64,000 nucleotides of DNA, taken from assembly GCA_030390025.1 (NCBI GenBank), contig CM059433.1, positions 16,370,001-16,434,000 of the forward strand, read 5' to 3'. The DNA is from Squalus acanthias. Its lineage: Eukaryota. How positions within the stretch are numbered: the first letter of the stretch is position 1; every line of letters starts with the position of its first letter. Under the pieces are notes generated by a model, which saw only the letters and a list, made by a program, of their open reading frames with translations, ran no database searches and had not been told where the DNA came from. Of the stretch, positions 62,091 to 64,000 are shown one piece after another. Both the position numbers and the translations under genes were made by a program.

Positions 62091-62879
62091 GGGGGAGAAA
62101 TTCGGTATCGCCCCCTTTGGGGCGCAATTATCGGCCGGGCGCAAAGTTTAGCGCCTGGCGCTAATTATCGCCTCCAACTGCAAACTTGGCTTCTATCGCC
62201 CCTGGAGGTGATTGGAGCGCTAAATCAGGCGCTACACACCTCTCTTAAGGCATTCACGCCGAGGAGCGAGGCGCTAACTCAGAGCATTGGCAAAGCTCAT
62301 GTGATGTCAGTCAGCAATGGAACACAGACACACTGGCGCCGGCCAGTTCTTAAAGGGGAGGGTCGATCTTGCTTTCCAGCCACACCCTGCTCATTGCAGC
62401 CTTGAATCTTGGCCTGGAGAGACCTGTACATCAATTCTGCTGGAAAGAACAATGGAGAGGCCCAGGGAAAGAGCTCAGAGTGCAGTCCCCACAGTCTCTT
62501 CTAAATCGATGCAAGGAAGTTCAAATCAAAATGAACCTGCAAAGTGCAGATCAGTACCCAAAACTCCTTCACATAGCGTTGAATCTCTCCAGAAGTCTTT
62601 TTCTATCTCTCAGAATGCGTGGTGCAAAAATGTCGCAGACAAAAAAAGTCAGGAAGCGTTGGCCTTTAAATAGCGCTCCCCCAGTCCCTTCCCGACTGCA
62701 AAACGTTCCCCTCAACCTGTCGTTGTTAGCGGCAGGTGGTAAGGCAGGGGGTGCCACTCAATATCCGGTCCGGGGCGCTATCGGGGTGTTGCGCACTCGA
62801 CTGACGTCATGATCTGCCGGCACAGGAGATCGTAGCGGTAGTGTTTAGCGCCGCCGCAAAGCAACCGAATTTTTCTCCC
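62091..62879. mobile_element. GGGGGA-TIR non-autonomous Harbinger element
   Basis: TIR gggggagaaattcgg / ccgaatttttctccc; TSD TTG; paralogue of 25385-26244. Confidence 0.82.
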
Positions 62880-63024
62880 TTGGTCCCTTATTAGCTGTGT
62901 TTCTTATCTCATCTGACAATTGCAGTTCCAGGGTTTCACCCTGGCCTGGGAGTCTGTAGCATACCCTCAATAATTGTTTACCTCTGTTACCATCTATTAA
63001 TTCTACCCAAAGTGATTATGTGTC

Positions 63025-63438
63025 TTTAATTCTCATCCTTGTTTTCAAATCCCTCCATGGCCTCGCCCCTTCCTATCTCTGTAATCTCCTTCAGCCCCAC
63101 AACCCCCCGAGATATCTGCGCTCCTCTAATTCTGCCCTCTTGAGGATCCCTGATTATAATCGCTCAACCTTTGGTGGCCGTGCCTTCAGCTGCCTGGGCC
63201 CTAAGCTCTGGAATTCCCTCCCTAAACCTCTCCGCCTCGCTACCTCTCTTTCCTCCTTTAAGACGCTCCTTAAAACCTACCTCTTTGACCAAGCTTTTGG
63301 TCACCTGCCCTAATTTACCCTTATGTGAATCGGTGTCAAATTTGTTGTCTTAAAATATTCCTGTGCAGCGCCTTGGGACGTTTTACTACTTTAAAGGCGC
63401 TATATAAATACAAGTTGTTGTTGTTGTTGTTGTTGTTG
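63025..63438 (+). mobile_element. L2-like LINE 3' end with (GTT)n tail
   Basis: FKSLHGLAPSYL...RYLRSS...GGRAFSCLGPKLWNSLP...FKTLLKTYLF. Confidence 0.88.
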
Positions 63439-64000
63439 TCTTCCCTTTCCTTTTTTATATCCTGACTCACTTTTGCCTCAATGCTGGAATTTTTACATAC
63501 TGCCACACAACCTCCCTTTCTCCCGATATGGTCCATTCTAAACAGTTTAAATTCTTCCAGGTATGTATCCCATTGATTGGAATCATTCCACCATGTCTCT
63601 GTGATGCAAATGATGTCCAGGCTATCAGTGTCTGCGAGACCTTCCAAGTTACACATCTCATTATTAGACTCCTTGCATTAATGCAAGCACAGCTCCATTT
63701 TTTTTGCCTTCCCCATTTAATTTATCAACATGTTTCGTTTCTTTTCCTCCCACCATTGGAATTAGACTATTATACTTTGATTTATATTTTCACTAGTGCA
63801 ACCTTAAGATTTGCTCTAATCTACCCTTACACCTACCGCAACCACCCCGCATCTAGTTTAAACACTCCCCCACCATACTGTCTATCCTGCCTGCCAACAC
63901 CTCTACCCCTCAACTTTAGGTGGAGCCCATCAGATCTGTATAGGCTCCCTCATTCCAAAATAATATATCACAGGCTTCCACTATTCCTTCCCTTCATACT

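Larger units (their letters stand above)
61911..63700 (-). mobile_element. Old CR1 endonuclease-domain remnant split by later insertions
   Basis: LDIICITETWW...GRKGGCV (63440-63660); DFNLPEIDW...KEPT.NDSILDLILSN (61915-62080). Confidence 0.7.

Overview
Repeat-dominated vertebrate genomic DNA, most likely from a cartilaginous fish (inferred from V-SINE/HE1-like and Deu-SINE-like elements and abundant CR1 LINEs). The only host-gene coding sequence I can support is the terminal SH3-domain exon of SH3YL1 (23211-23413, +). The rest is transposable-element DNA: a Tigger/pogo element and its MITE, many CR1 and L2 fragments, tRNA-derived SINEs, two solo LTRs with 4-bp TSDs, Penelope-like inverted repeats carrying minimal hammerhead ribozyme motifs, and about a dozen PIF/Harbinger elements and derivatives. 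Highlights: (1) a Harbinger element (41666-44848) that has lost its transposase core but keeps an apparently intact three-exon, ~475-aa Myb/SANT-like coiled-coil gene with a CCAAT/CRE/TATA-like promoter; (2) a near-perfect 655-bp palindrome with an 11-12-bp TSD and a hammerhead core in each arm; (3) recurrent CRE/YY1/TATA-like modules and repeated nesting among Harbinger derivatives; (4) a LINE whose 5' end is a tRNA-like Pol III head. Family names come from motif recognition, not database searches, and boundaries of degenerate repeats are approximate.
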